Shown piece by piece: positions 50,406-63,335 of a stretch of 64,000 nt of DNA (the stretch's first letter is position 1; each line of letters begins with the position of its first letter). Source of the DNA: Callorhinchus milii. Its lineage: Eukaryota. The DNA is taken from NCBI RefSeq assembly GCF_018977255.1, contig NW_024704743.1, forward strand, positions 60,700,001-60,764,000, in the 5' to 3' direction. The notes below the pieces were generated by a model, which was not told the origin of the DNA, did no database searches, and was given only the letters and a program-made list of their open reading frames with translations. Made by a program: the position numbers and the translations under genes.

Positions 50406-53400
50406 TTCCACACTTCCCACTGCTGATGTGTGATGCTTTCAGATCGTTTACATTTATATTGTGAGCTGTGTGGTGTAACCAATAATGTTGCATTTATTGG
50501 GAGCCCTTTTTCATGAAGTATTTCCAATTCCTTACATAACTATAGTAGAATCTGCTAAACTCTTTGGTATGGAACTTTATCACTAGACCAGCTGTTGCAG
50601 ACTAATAATGCTGACAGAAAAAGAACAGCATTGACCAAATTATTACAATGCTTTGAGACATTGGGGGAAAATTGTGGCATGGGATGTGAAATTATTGTAT
50701 AACATACCAAATTTCTTTCATCCCCACATACTATAAATGTTCAACATCATCTTGATTCAAATATGTACACCATACTATCTTTAACTACAGTTAAGTCCAT
50801 TTTACTTCTATGCATGTATTTCCCTTCTGATTTATTTACATTTAAGCATTGGGCAAACCAGCATTATAACCTGTCGTTCCCTTATTTGTCTCAAACACAA
50901 TCCCTTACATCTCAAGTAAACATTCAATTAGTTTTAAAAGGTGAATTGGATAATACTTGAGGAAAAGTAATATTAAAGGCCATGGGGAAAGAGAATTATA
51001 ATGAGTCTTTAGCTTCAATGGGGGAGTTAGCATCAGCATAGATACAATGGGCTTAAAAGGCCTCTTTTCAGTGCTGAGAATATTCTCTTATTTTTTGACC
51101 AGCATTAATCATAGATAACCCTTTTTAAATACAATTGATTCTTTGCACACACAGCTCCAAGCAGGACTCTCCTTCTCCACCCACTCCTCCAAATGTAGCC
51201 CTATTAAATGTACAGCCTGGAAGAAAACAAAATCAAGTCAGTTTGCAGCACTTTGTGTATTGTTTCCATTTCCCCTGATAAACCATACATCCCACCTAAA
51301 AATACAAATCCCCAAATGATTCTCAGGAAATGAACAAAAAAGACTCTCCTAAATGACCCTGAGAACTAATAACTGCAGATCAAGGACACCATCAGAAAAA
51401 AGATATATTATGCCAACTTTCTCCAGCTGTGGAATAAATAACATTCCAAGTGCCAGCCAACTCCCTTTCAAAAACATACTTCCCCATTTAATATTAGAAT
51501 AGATGTAGTTCTCTCTCTCACCATCTCTTAAAATTCCATTTATTTTCCAGCATGATAATAATTCTAATCCTTGCATTTGATATAAAGCCTTTCATGTTGG
51601 AAGGACATCTCAAAACAGTTCACAGGATTCACTGTAAAGTGTACTAACTGTGTGACTTCCCCTTTTTCAGATTACACCTGAAGACCTTCGTTTTCGACCA
51701 TGCTCACGGTTACCTCCTCCATTCCACTGGCTCAGTGTCAAACTCTGAGACACTGTCCCATGTGAAGGGCGCTACATAAATGCAAGTTGTTGATGTTGTG
51801 CATTGTTTAGGTGAATGTAACAACAAAAACAACAACAACATGGATTTATATAGCGCCCTCCATACCGGACGGCATCTCAGAGCAAGGTTAAACACAGTAA
51901 TGTTAAACATGCAGGCGTGACCAATTTTATTTGAGGGATTCTTTACCAGGACAACAGAAGCTGGTTACAGTATTTTAGATAGTAAATTTAATATAGCAGT
52001 AATTAATTTAATTCACTAATGATATCCTTTTGTTAGTCCTCTATACTATTTGAGTGCAGAATGTGCCTATATACTACCAAACTTTGTATATTTGTATATT
52101 TTTACAGTTTACAAATAACAACTTGTGTTTATATCACCAAAGGTAAATAGCCTTGATATCGAAGCATTATGGAGCCATTTGGATACCATTTATGCTTCAC
52201 CAGCTTGATTTGCTCTGTCAAACGTCATTTATAAGATCACCAAGATCACATGAGTGGTTCGGGTAAAGAAGGCTCTTTAGCCCATTTGATCTCATTCTTC
52301 CAGAATATATATCCTTCCAGAATATCCATCCTCCCATCAGAGTATCAAGCTATTTTGTGACTAAGTCCAGAGTTCTGGCCTCATCCACCGTTCTTGGTAA
52401 TCTGTTCCATCTTTAATTACCTTCTCGGTAAAGAAATACCTCCTGGTGTCTGTCCTGAAATTGCCCTTTGCAGCCCTAAACTTGTGCTGCTGTCTCAGTC
52501 GATCCAAAAGTAATCTTTCATATGCTAGTTTCTATATTTACTCATGCCATGTATCTAATGTAATATTGGTAGGTCAGACTTTTATGGAATGGAAAAGTGT
52601 ATTCAAAAATTTCTGAAGAGCACTGGGATTTATTTCTAGGCAAAGTCTAGGCATGAATAATGATCACTTTGGATAAGGCGCCTGAAGAATGTTGGCTCCT
52701 ATGGAACAATACCCCAATGGAAGGAAAAATTAGTCATGGTTCTCTAGAGGAGGGGAGGAGTGAAATATAGCAGTGACATTTGATGATAAAAAGATGATAA
52801 AAGTTGGAATCCTGTATTTTAAAAAATATATGTATTCAAAAAATTTATGGGCATTTGCAAAGCCTCCAACAGAAATGCTAAAAATGTAAGCAGAAAATTT
52901 CAGATATTTCAAATAAATATTCAGTACAATTGGAAAATAACCAATAACATTTCTCCAATGTTTTCTCTCATATATTTAAAATATTAATGTTTACACATAT
53001 GAGTCCAGGCCAGAGACTGGATTTCAAGGACAAGATAGTTGATTATTTGGGGATGGGGAGCCAGTGGAGCCTGCTGAGGATCAGGGTGACAGGTACAAGA
53101 TCATAATATTGATTTGGATGAAGTGGGCCTTTCGGCTCATCTGATCTCATCCCTCCAGAATACCCACTCTACTGTACTCCCATCGCAGTATCAAGCTGTT
53201 TTTAAATTAGTCCAGTGTACTCTAGTTGTTAATTACCCTCTTGGTAAATAAAAATACCATGATATCTGTCCTGAAATTACCCTGTACAACTTTCAGGTCA
53301 GGAGTATGTCAACTGTCTCCAACTGCTGGCTCCAACCGAACCAAGGATTGGAACTGAACAGGGTAGAGAGGGGAAATATTACCAAAGATACGGTCAAAAT

Positions 53401-55578
53401 GGTATGTCTTGATTGTCATTAATGGCTGATTGTAATACCTTGCTGTGTGCAAATTGACTGTTGTGTTGCCTGCAAATATATTACATTTGACAGCAAGTTT
53501 CTGTCAATCACTTGAGACATGTTGACATTTTAGGTGCTATATCAAATGCATGGATAAATATAATATTATTTAACAAGTTAACATGTTATTCTAAGACAGG
53601 GTGTTTTTTTGGGTACAAGATATGTGCTTTAGACAAAGACAAATACAATGACATTTTCAATATTTTACTTAATAATTTCAGGCCACTGAAACAGTACTGA
53701 CTTTTAGCATTGCCAGAAATAACCTTGGCTCTAAAGAACGATTACCTGCTTAAAATTCAATCTCATATAGTAAATAGCACAATATGTTAAGGAAACCCTA
53801 AAATGAGTTTGTAAATGTTATAGAAGTAATAAAAGGCAATTATTTTTCTTTTGACAGATTATTTGTCATCTGAATGGTTTAAATGACAATGAGAATAAAT
53901 TTCAGCATTAGTCGTGCACATATTTCTGTATTTCTTAGACTGAAATACTATCGATCTTGAACGTTTATTCAAGTTTGTACATCGATCTTGAATGCAAAAT
54001 GCACAAAATGTACCTTCAAAACAATGAGCAAAAAAATCCAGGGCGAATTTAAAAGAATACTTGCATCCCGGGATCCCAATTTTCTAGTGCACATTCAAGA
54101 GATAGTTCTTCCTTATTATTATGTATTTAAGATCACTTTGTGGAGAAAATATTATTATATTATCATTATTATTAGATATTATTATTATAAAAAATTACAG
54201 TATACTGTACATTAACTATATTTTTTTCAAAATCTGATTAACCTTACATAAAGAGTCTTATTAAAAATTTAAATCTTCCAATGTAGTAAATATCATATTA
54301 TTATTTCAGCATTAACAAATATAATAAATGACTCCGAGTCAGGGTAAAATGGGAATTAATTTGACCAAATCGGGTCTATATTGTGATATTTCTTAATATA
54401 TCTTGATAAGGAATTGCTCAGGTAAGTAGGCTGTTGACTCATGGGAACTCTGCTCCGGATGCGATCTGATGCCATGTCAATAATATGGTTTTATCGACAC
54501 AATAAATATCTTTCAGTTGGATTAGTCTGTTTGTTTGAATGTTTTATGTTCTCAGTTATTTAATAACAAATGGAAAATGTGACACACAGACAGTCAAAAT
54601 GATACTTTTATCGTGAAATAATGTCCTTTATTTTGTTACTGTGATATAATTGGGGAAAATTTAATAATGACCATTGTATTTAGAGTACAAAATCCTACGT
54701 TAACCACAGTTCTCTTTTCTCATAGGAGTGTGTCAGCTTAGCTCAGTTATCAACACTTTTTCCTTCTAGAACATAAGGCCTTGGAGCTCACAATCTAGGC
54801 TGACTTGGGAACACTGCACGGAAGGTACTATCCTTCAGATGACACATTACGCTGAGATCTGTTGGTTCATGTGAACGTTTAAAATCTCATGAAAAAGCAA
54901 AGGGAGTTTCACCCAATCCATGACTAGTAACCCTACAAATAAATTGATCATTCCTTTCAGGGTGGTGTCTGGGACCTGCTGTTCTCAAATTAGCTGCTGT
55001 CTTTACCTTTGACTGTACAGTTAAAACACGTGACAGTCTTTGAAGTGATTTGAGATATTTTTGTTGTATACCCTATAGTATAGGAAAAATAAGTCAAAAT
55101 TCCCTGAGAGGAGGGGAGTGGAGTGGAGAAAATTATTTAATAAGTCTTATGACAAAAAGAAAGAAAAACAAGAATCCTGTATTTTTAAAAATATACTCAA
55201 AAGATAACAACACAGCAATGTATCGGCATTTGGAAAGCTCCAACAGAAATATTAAAAATTTAAACAGAAAACTGGAAATATTTCAAATAAATATATTTAT
55301 AGGGTATACAACAAAAATATCAATTGCAAGGATTATTATTCGCTCACCAAACATACAATCATTCCACATACAATATATCCTGTGAAGAGCTTTGAGATGT
55401 CCTCCTAACATGTAAAGATTATTATTGTTATTATTGTGTAAAACCTCAGAGAATAAAATTCTATTACATATTGTTAAATGTGCTATAAATTCCTATTATC
55501 AACAACAAATTATCCATGATGAAATTGATAGCTGAACTAAAATTAAATAAAATTTCAAGACATTGTGAATTATAGCAA

Positions 55579-55590
55579 TTTATTTTTATT
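55579..55590 (-). terminator. Tandem AATAAA polyadenylation signals of the G-gamma gene
   Basis: Plus strand TTTATTTTTATT is two AATAAA on the minus strand, ~470 nt after the stop codon. Confidence 0.55.
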
Positions 55591-56052
55591 GTGGCTTTTG
55601 AACAGTACCTTACTTGAAACGGGAAATTAATGTAATATATTGTTGACAAATTTCTATACACAGGTTTAGTCTGTACATTCATTAGTTATGAGAATATGTC
55701 CATTTTTACACTGCATTTTCAGGAGGTCTTTGCGTGGTTATATATTAAATGATTATTTGTTATAGGGTTATTCTCTGCCAATCGGAAACTGGAGAGAACT
55801 TTTTCCAACTCATCATTCATCTTCTTTGGTAGATTTGCTCAATTTTCGGTCTTTTTGTAACAGGTGCGGAAATGCTTTTCTTTTAAAAATAAAATCTCAT
55901 AAGTTAACTCAAAGATGCCGTGCCAACTAAGATGCTGTCTCCTTTTCTGCTCTTTCTTCCAGGTTTAGCATCTATAGGGTTTTGTCGCAATAATGGTTGC
56001 TAAGCTGTGGAAAATGATCTGATGCTTTTAGGATGTCCAAGTCCTATCTGAT

Positions 56053-56178
56053 TTAAGTGATCACACAACCACCTTTCTCCTTGAAAGGATTCTTATCCTC
56101 AGCAATTCCTTTTACCAGAATATCATCTGCTGTCTGAGATTCAATGTAATCTTTCAGTTCCTCTGCACATTTGGATAC
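56053..56178 (-). CDS. gngt1: G protein gamma subunit, last coding exon with CaaX box
   Basis: Acceptor ctttaatcag|GTA; VSKCAEELKDYIESQTADDILVKGIAEDKNPFKEKGGCVIT-stop; NPF motif and C-terminal CVIT prenylation signal. Confidence 0.88.
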   Translation of the reverse strand, partial: VSKCAEELKDYIESQTADDILVKGIAEDKNPFKEKGGCVIT

Positions 56179-56739
56179 CTGATTAAAGTGAAGGAAGACA
56201 ATGTCAGATTACATGTTATAAAACAGAAAAACTTAACATTTTCTCACAATTGATAAAGTGCCTGGTGCTAAAATGATTAGTAATATAAAGTAATATATGG
56301 ATGTCCGGAAGTTGTTCCTGTTTACCTTAACAGAGCCACCCTCACATATGACCAACATAGGTTTAATAAGGGAAAACTAAACCGAATGGGAGAATAACCT
56401 TAGCAGGGATTTAGACTTATCTAGCGTAGGTCAGGACACCTTCAAGAGTTCATCTGTTGTAACAATGTCCCTGCATCACTAATCCCCGTTTAACATTGAG
56501 GATTTTTGCTGACAATCTGAAGCTTCTTAATATAGCTATCGTCACTGTAAATATTACTCCAACTGCTCTTGCAGTAAATTGAATAAATTGTAGATTGTCA
56601 AATTTTAATCAGGACATTTACAGTAAAATATTAACTCAATTTTAAAATTTATCATATCTAATATTAGATTTAAGATTTAACAATTATATCATTACGTTTG
56701 GTTACAACAGACTGGTGGATTATAGATATAATAACATAA

Positions 56740-57097
56740 TAAATAATAATCTTGCATTTGATAAAGCGCCTTATCGCGTCTTTGAGACGTCTCAAAGCAT
56801 TTCACAGAATATACTGCAAAAGTAAATTGACTATTATTTGTGGGCGAACAGCAACAGCCAATTGCACACAGCAGTGTCCCACAAACAGTCGGGGATTGAG
56901 CGACAAATTTATTATTATTATTTTTTCCCAGAAAAGCGATCTGCCAATTGACTTACAACGGGGTTCCTACTTACCTGTTTACCTGCTAGGTAAACAGAGG
57001 TGTGTGGAGTAAGGAAAGTTGCCCAACCTGTCGGGAATCAAACCCAGGTCTATCGCTTGCGAGGTGAGTGTTTTAACCACTGAGCTACAGGACTCCA
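56740..57097 (-). mobile_element. Full-length SINE, long subfamily, in G-gamma intron
   Basis: Reverse-complement head (...CACTGAGCTACAGGACTCC), extra internal segment and tail. Confidence 0.88.
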
Positions 57098-57738
57098 TAA
57101 TGATCCTTATATTCAATATTGTAACTCGTTACATCATCAAAGCGTCTCAAAGCTCTTCACGTGATTTTTACTATGAAGTATAGTATTTCTAAATGAACTA
57201 TAACAAAAGCATGTCACCCATTAAGGTTCTTTCATGAGTCTTTCGAGCCATGAGGTTAGCATAATTGTGCTGAATGGCAGCCCATTTCTAAGTGCTCTGT
57301 TTATGGAGCAGTTATTGGGGGTTAACCATTCAAAGTACTTATTGTTGGACCGAGGAATGGATCATATATGTTGAAACATATGTCAGTGAAGAGATTTTTC
57401 ATAGTTTTGACAATTTTTTCTTCTCCTTCCATCATCCCCACTCATCAAAAATGTGTCAGTGCTTTAGGAAATAAACACTTTAACTCACCCAGTATCTTCC
57501 ACGGCAAGTCAAAATATAAAATAATTTTGCAAATGATCAAACTTTTGGGATGAATTGGATTTTTAAAAAGTAATCCTTCATTTTCATTTATCTTTTGCTG
57601 ATGCTATTCAAATGAGTTGGATAAGTTGGATTGTCTGAAAGTTTGGGTAAAGAATGTGGCAGCCTGAGAGAACAGCAATAGGTAGACATGCCAATTTACT
57701 GCTCAGTGCTCTCCACTCATAAACAGGAGCACTCTTAC

Positions 57739-57819
57739 CAATTGTCTCTCTAGTTTTACTTCTTTACGCAGCTGCTCTACTTCCAGTTTTGCACGATCCT
57801 TATCTGATAATTCATCCAT
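57739..57819 (-). CDS. gngt1: G protein gamma subunit (transducin gamma-T1/GNG11 clade), first coding exon
   Basis: Strong Kozak GCCAGGATGG; MDELSDKDRAKLEVEQLRKEVKLERQL; donor TTG|GTAAGA, phase 0; acceptor ttttttttgctaag with exon start at 57836. The G-gamma family call is firm; the paralogue name is less certain. Confidence 0.85.
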
Positions 57820-57979
57820 CCTGGCCTCTTCGTTATCTTAGCAAAAAAAAGGCAAATATTATTGTATTGTTATAATATTATAATATTATTAAATTTGATT
57901 ATAAAATAGATATCAAATGCAGACAGATTAAGGTATTTTATCTTTCGTTCTTATGGATAGTGTGATACATACTTGGGTT

Positions 57980-58209
57980 GAAATTTTACCTGGGTCTACG
58001 TTTACTCTATTTACTTAGCATTTCAGAACATTCAGATTTTTGGCAAATTGTTGAATTCAGTCTTAACTTTGAAGCCAGTTTTTTGTTTTTCTTAAAAGAA
58101 CTTAAACAAAACAAGTTTACAAATTAAGAGCGAATTTTTGAATTTTCCAAATTCTGAACGCTCTGAAATGCTATGTAAATCGAATAAATCTAGACCCAAG
58201 TGGAATTTC
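57980..58209. mobile_element. Palindromic MITE-like element (~230 bp). Other copies at ~2745-2980, 18085-18202 (half), 62545-62773
   Basis: Long imperfect inverted arms (GAAATTTTACCTGGGTCTA... / ...TAGACCCAAGTGGAATTTC) shared among four loci. Confidence 0.75.
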
Positions 58210-58239
58210 TCCAAAGAGATGTACAAACAACAAACTCAC

Positions 58240-58335
58240 CTGTCCCAGGGTAAGTTCAGCTCTTACACTGGTGAGCTAACAGTAAGAGACCCTTCTGCCC
58301 CAAACACACGTCCCTTTACTTCCACACTCCACCAA
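58240..58335 (-). other. Probable non-coding 5' UTR exon of the G-gamma gene
   Basis: Consensus donor CAG|GTGAGT at 58240/58239, 403 nt upstream of the acceptor of the first coding exon. The 5' limit is a guess from a TTTAAAA TATA-like motif at ~58362-58368. Confidence 0.55.
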
Positions 58336-61300
58336 ATCTTCCTTGAGCAACCTTTCAAGGGTTTTAAAGCAAGGGTCATAATATCTTAAGCGTATAATAT
58401 GATTAAATCAAGAGCTTGCACAGATTTAATTTTAAGAGGGAGAGAGAAAAACAAAACGCTCATTTGTTTAATGAAAACATTCATCAAAGATAATGTTCCA
58501 AATTAATATGTGCAAACTTAAAAGGAAATAAATGTTTTCAAACTCAAATCCTTCAATGTGCAGCCCTCCAGTAAATACATTTGGTTTTCCTTTAAATGAC
58601 ATTTGTTCAGAAACTGGGTCGTATTGACGTGGGTAGCAGTAATCCTCAGAAATCTTATCACTCTGTTTATTGGGTCTTAAATAGGTGCTCCAGCGAGCCC
58701 TTTTTTGAGAATATGAATATTTCTTGCATCTATTATAGTGCCTTATTAAACCCTCTGAAGGTCTCCAAACCCTTCACATGATTTTACAGTAAAATGTAAT
58801 GACTGTGTATTTGTACGCATAGTGTTTGCTGCACGACTTTTTAGTGTTCTAGAAATTAATGTTATCAGCTTGTTGGCTGTACAGTTTAAAGCTGATCCTC
58901 TGTATAAGCTGGCCCTTTAAAAAAGGATCGCAACAGCAAAACAAATACAATCTCACTTCCCATATGAAGGAAATGGGAACTGAAGAAAGCTCCCCTCCCT
59001 TTCCCCTGGGTTCAAACTCATAATTTACTCCATTGTGTCTGAATCCAATGCCTTTAACGCTGAGCGCCTGCTTTCCTTTATGTTCTGGCGCATTTCCTCA
59101 TATTTGTTCCTTTAATTAATTAACAGATTCATCTGCAAAACACTGATCTTCTCAAATGATGGCTTTATGTTTAGCAGATTATTTAGCAAGAACTAAGTAC
59201 CTTTGTGGACTGACAGATCCATGTCAAATCATTAATATAGAAATTATCTGCTTTAAAACACCCAGAGTCAATGTGGATTTGGATGTAACCTGTTGGCAGG
59301 AATGGAATGGTAGGCAGCACTTTGAAACATGGGGGATCTCCAAGTTCTTCCTCTTCTAAACATCGCAGGAAATGTTTTCTTTTGAATTGTTTAACCCTTA
59401 TCTACACACAAGAAATCAGCCATAAACACATCAGTTTTAACATAAACACATAAGCAGTTTGGAGTCATTAAGAGTCATTATGGCAACAACGTATATCAAT
59501 AAGACAGCAAACTATGACCACAGCTAATGTGTTGATATGGTGGGCGTTGTCGATGGTGAAACAGGGAAGAGCCACATCTTTTACTGAGGGAGCTGTGGAT
59601 TCAATCCAGACTGAGAGTTCTAGGTATGCCGTCTACACGTGGATATTCCTGTGTCTAGAATGGAATGCATGCTCTCTCCCTGAAGGAATACATCCTGCTT
59701 ACCTAATTCTGGAGAGCATTAGGCTCAGGATGGCAAGAGCCAGGGCTTGAGTGTGCTTTGTGGAACTGCTGGAGTCTAACCAGCTAAAACCACTTAGATT
59801 ACCATTGATATCACTATCTGGCAAGCTCTCTCACAGCTTATCTAGCTTGGACCACCCTACCCGTTAGGGTTTTGGCTTATAGGGTTAACAGGAGCTGAGT
59901 GGGAAGAATCCCATTAGATGGTCTGCCCTTCTAAATCCTACTGATGAACCACGGTGGCTGGGCTGTTATCAGTAGTACTGCAGATCTGCCTGGCTTATGA
60001 ATCCCACTACCAAGACTGCCAGAGAGGTTTGACTGAATTCTGACATTCTGTTGCCAAGCATGGCTCTCCCTGGAGAGACAGCTTTCCCGACAGCTCTCCC
60101 TGGAGAGACACTTCCAAGGAGAATGACTCTGCTTACCTTCCCAGAAGCAGAATAATCACAAATTGGTTAGTTGACAGCTCATACTGGAATACATGAGAGC
60201 ATTGCCACCATCTTCCTACTCACAGCTCAGACACATATCTCTACTTATTGAGCAGTGGTTCCACCCGTTGGAGATGTGGAGCCTACATAGCAGCTGCTTA
60301 CCCTCAAACCAATGAAGGTGGATTCCAAGCCTTGGATTATATGAATATACGATCCCAATCCTAACAACCCTAAATTGTAAACTCAAATGTTCAACAATTT
60401 AAACTGAGATGTGGTTTGTCAACCATGCAAGGTGGAGTATTGCAGGGAATGTTACTGATAGCTGCTCATGCACTCACAGTGGCTGGTGCAGTGGTGAATT
60501 GGCAAAATCCTGAGAACAGATCTCCTGCCTAACCCCTTAACTGTCTTGAGTTACATTGTTCCTAACCTCTGGAACCTTTTCCCTCTATCACTCCACCTTG
60601 CCCCCTTTATCTGCTTTTAAATCCCCCCTTAAAACCTACCTCTTCGACCGCTTCTATGGTCACCTTCCTCTTCTCCCTTGCTCAGCATCTGACCATGCCA
60701 TTGTGAAGTGCTCCAACACATTATTCTACATAAAGGGCACTATATAATTGTGAGTTGTTGTCTTTGTTGAGTGTGTGGTGTGTTCGGGGAAAATGACCTG
60801 AAAATTGGAAATGTCATTTTTTTTAGGAAAGAAAAAGGCCTTTGTGGCCCATTGTATATGTGCCACCTTCACTTCAGTTATTTTTAAGTCGCTCTTTGAC
60901 AGAGATGGCAGTGGCACAGACACCATTATTATAATAACAATAGGAAAACAAATTACATTTGTATAGCGCCTTTCATGTCAGGAGGACGTCCCAAGGTGCT
61001 GGACAGTCAGGGATCCACACTTGAGCTGGTGGTTGGGATCAGGAGGAGTGGAGGGCGGGGAGCGTAGGGATAGGAGAGTGACCGAAGGCACGGTCGAAGA
61101 GAAGGGTCTTGAGATGTGTCTTGAAGGAGGCAAGGGAGGGGTCGAGCTGGAGGGACTGTGGGATTGAGTTCCAGAGAGTGGGGGAACCTGAGGATGGCAG
61201 CCAAAGGCATGGGCAAAAGGAACTTTATCCAGTTCCCTTTTTGAATAATTCTACAGATCAGCTTCAATAGCTACTGTGATAATGACTTCCATCGATTAAC

Positions 61301-61544
61301 AACCCTCTGAGTGAAGAAATGCCCCCTAATCTTGTTCCTGATTCTTCTGCTAATAATCCAGATAAGATAAGAGGATTTTGTACTCTCACTGAAAATAAAT
61401 TGGGGTGAAGTATGTGACATTTCATAACAGATTTGATGTGGGGATTATCCTCACAAACCCATTTTAAAATGTCTTACTTTCAACCCAATGATGATAGCTA
61501 GAAGTAACATAAAGGTAATGTTATATACGTAAATATTTCAAAGC

Positions 61545-62115
61545 CCCCATATCCGTGCCATGACATGCTATGTCTTCCTCCACCTCCGCAACATTGCCCG
61601 ACTCCACCTCACCCCACAGGCTGCCAAAACGATCGTACACGCATTCGTTACTTCAAGGCTCGACAACAGAAACTCGTTCCTTGTTGGCCTCCTCAACTCT
61701 TCCCTCCACGAGTTGCAGATCATCCAGAGCTCTGCAGCTCATGTGTTCTCCCACACCAGGCTCCGTGACCCTATCACCCCCACCCTCGCCCGACTCCACT
61801 GGCTCCCCATCCCTCAGAGGATCGAATTCAAAATCCTCATCCACATTTTCAAGGCCCTCCATGGCCTTGCCCCCTCCTACCTCTCTGACCTGCTGACCCC
61901 CTATCAACCTGTCCACTCCCTCCACTCAGCAGGCTCTGGTCTGCTCCAGGTCTCCCGCCCGACCTGCCCTACCATTGGGGGCTGAGCTTTCAGCCTCTCT
62001 GCGCCCACCCTTTGGAACTCCATCCCACAATCCTTTCGCCTTGTTCCCTCTCTTGCCTCCTTCAAGGCACGACTTGAGATCCTCCTTTTTGACCATGCCT
62101 TTGGCCGCCATCCTA
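61545..62115 (+). mobile_element. L2-clade LINE 3' fragment
   Basis: ORF 61560-61985 encodes HAFVTSRLDNRNSFLVGL...LHWLPIPQRIEFKIL...LHGLAPSYLSDLL. Confidence 0.92.
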
Positions 62116-62874
62116 AGTTCCTTTAAGCTTTTAAACGTCCTTTTCCACCAATTATAGTTACACTACAGCTGGTGAAAGTTAAGTGCTGTGAAAAAAGTAT
62201 CACCACAAGTTTAAGTACTCCAAAAGTTATCCTGCCCGCAGGGTACAATGTAAATGCAAATTGTTGTTGTTATACTGTATTACTGCAGATATGGCAACTA
62301 TTATAAGGGAGGCAAATTATATGATATTAAATGTCTCCTTATTGGGTGTTTTCTGTTTGTCAGTATAGTTATTAGTCTTGGCAGATGTCTGTCTCCACTG
62401 TGCACTTACAATAAAATATTTCCATAGTAAGATCAAGCCAACAAGGTCAGTCAACATGCCAAAAAGTGCAGAAAAATACGCACAGAAGAGCAAGCTCAGT
62501 AAATTTACTGATAACTGAAAACTAGCCCTCATTTGTGACGGTTTGGGGAAAAATGCGATCTGAGTCTACATTTACTCTAATTTCTAATCATTTCAGAGTG
62601 ACTAAATTGCTGAATTCAGTCTTAATTTTGAAACTGGGGTTTTCTCGTAGTTTTTAAAAGAACTTGCAGGAGACCAATTCCAAAATTAAACCTCTATTTA
62701 GGAATTTGTCAAATTCTGGACACTCCAAAATGATACATGAATAGAATAAATCTAGACCAGATAAAAATCTTCTCAGGTTAATACTAATTAAATTCTTAGC
62801 TGATATGAACTTACTTTTTATGGAATTACGTTAGGTATTTGTATAGAGGACATTATTGAGAATATAGAGAAGAC

Positions 62875-63335
62875 TCCCCCTCTTCTTTTCCATATTTATA
62901 TACTCCCACTGGGCGATGTCATCCACAAACACAGGGTAAACTTCCACATGTATACGGATGACACACAAATCTACTGTTCAAATCCATTCACTCCCTGGCA
63001 CCTCCCTACCTCTCCGACCTCCTCACTCCGCAATCCACTACCCGGCGCCTCCGTTTGACTGGCACCGGCCTCCTGCTCATTCCCGCACCCTCCACTCCAT
63101 CATCGGAGGTCGTGCTTTCAGCCACTATGCCGCAAAGCTCTGGAACACTCTCCCTCAATCCCTCCGCCTTGCCCCCTCTCTCCCCTCTTTCAAGTCCCGC
63201 CTGAAAACTTTTCTCTTCGACTGTGGTTACGGCCACCTCCTCACTCCCCCCGGCTCAGAGTCAGGCTCCGCCACTGTTAAGCACTCTGAGACGCTACGCT
63301 GTGTGGAGGGCACTATATGTGCAAGTTGTTGTTAT
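62875..63335 (+). mobile_element. L2 fragment with RT core motif fused to the 3' end
   Basis: [32 protein letters not shown] (YADD-like), then an internal deletion and the L2 tail. Confidence 0.82.

Noticed and set aside
50188..50527. Pro-rich ORFs (also 46541-46726)
   Set aside because: Translations of the minisatellites.
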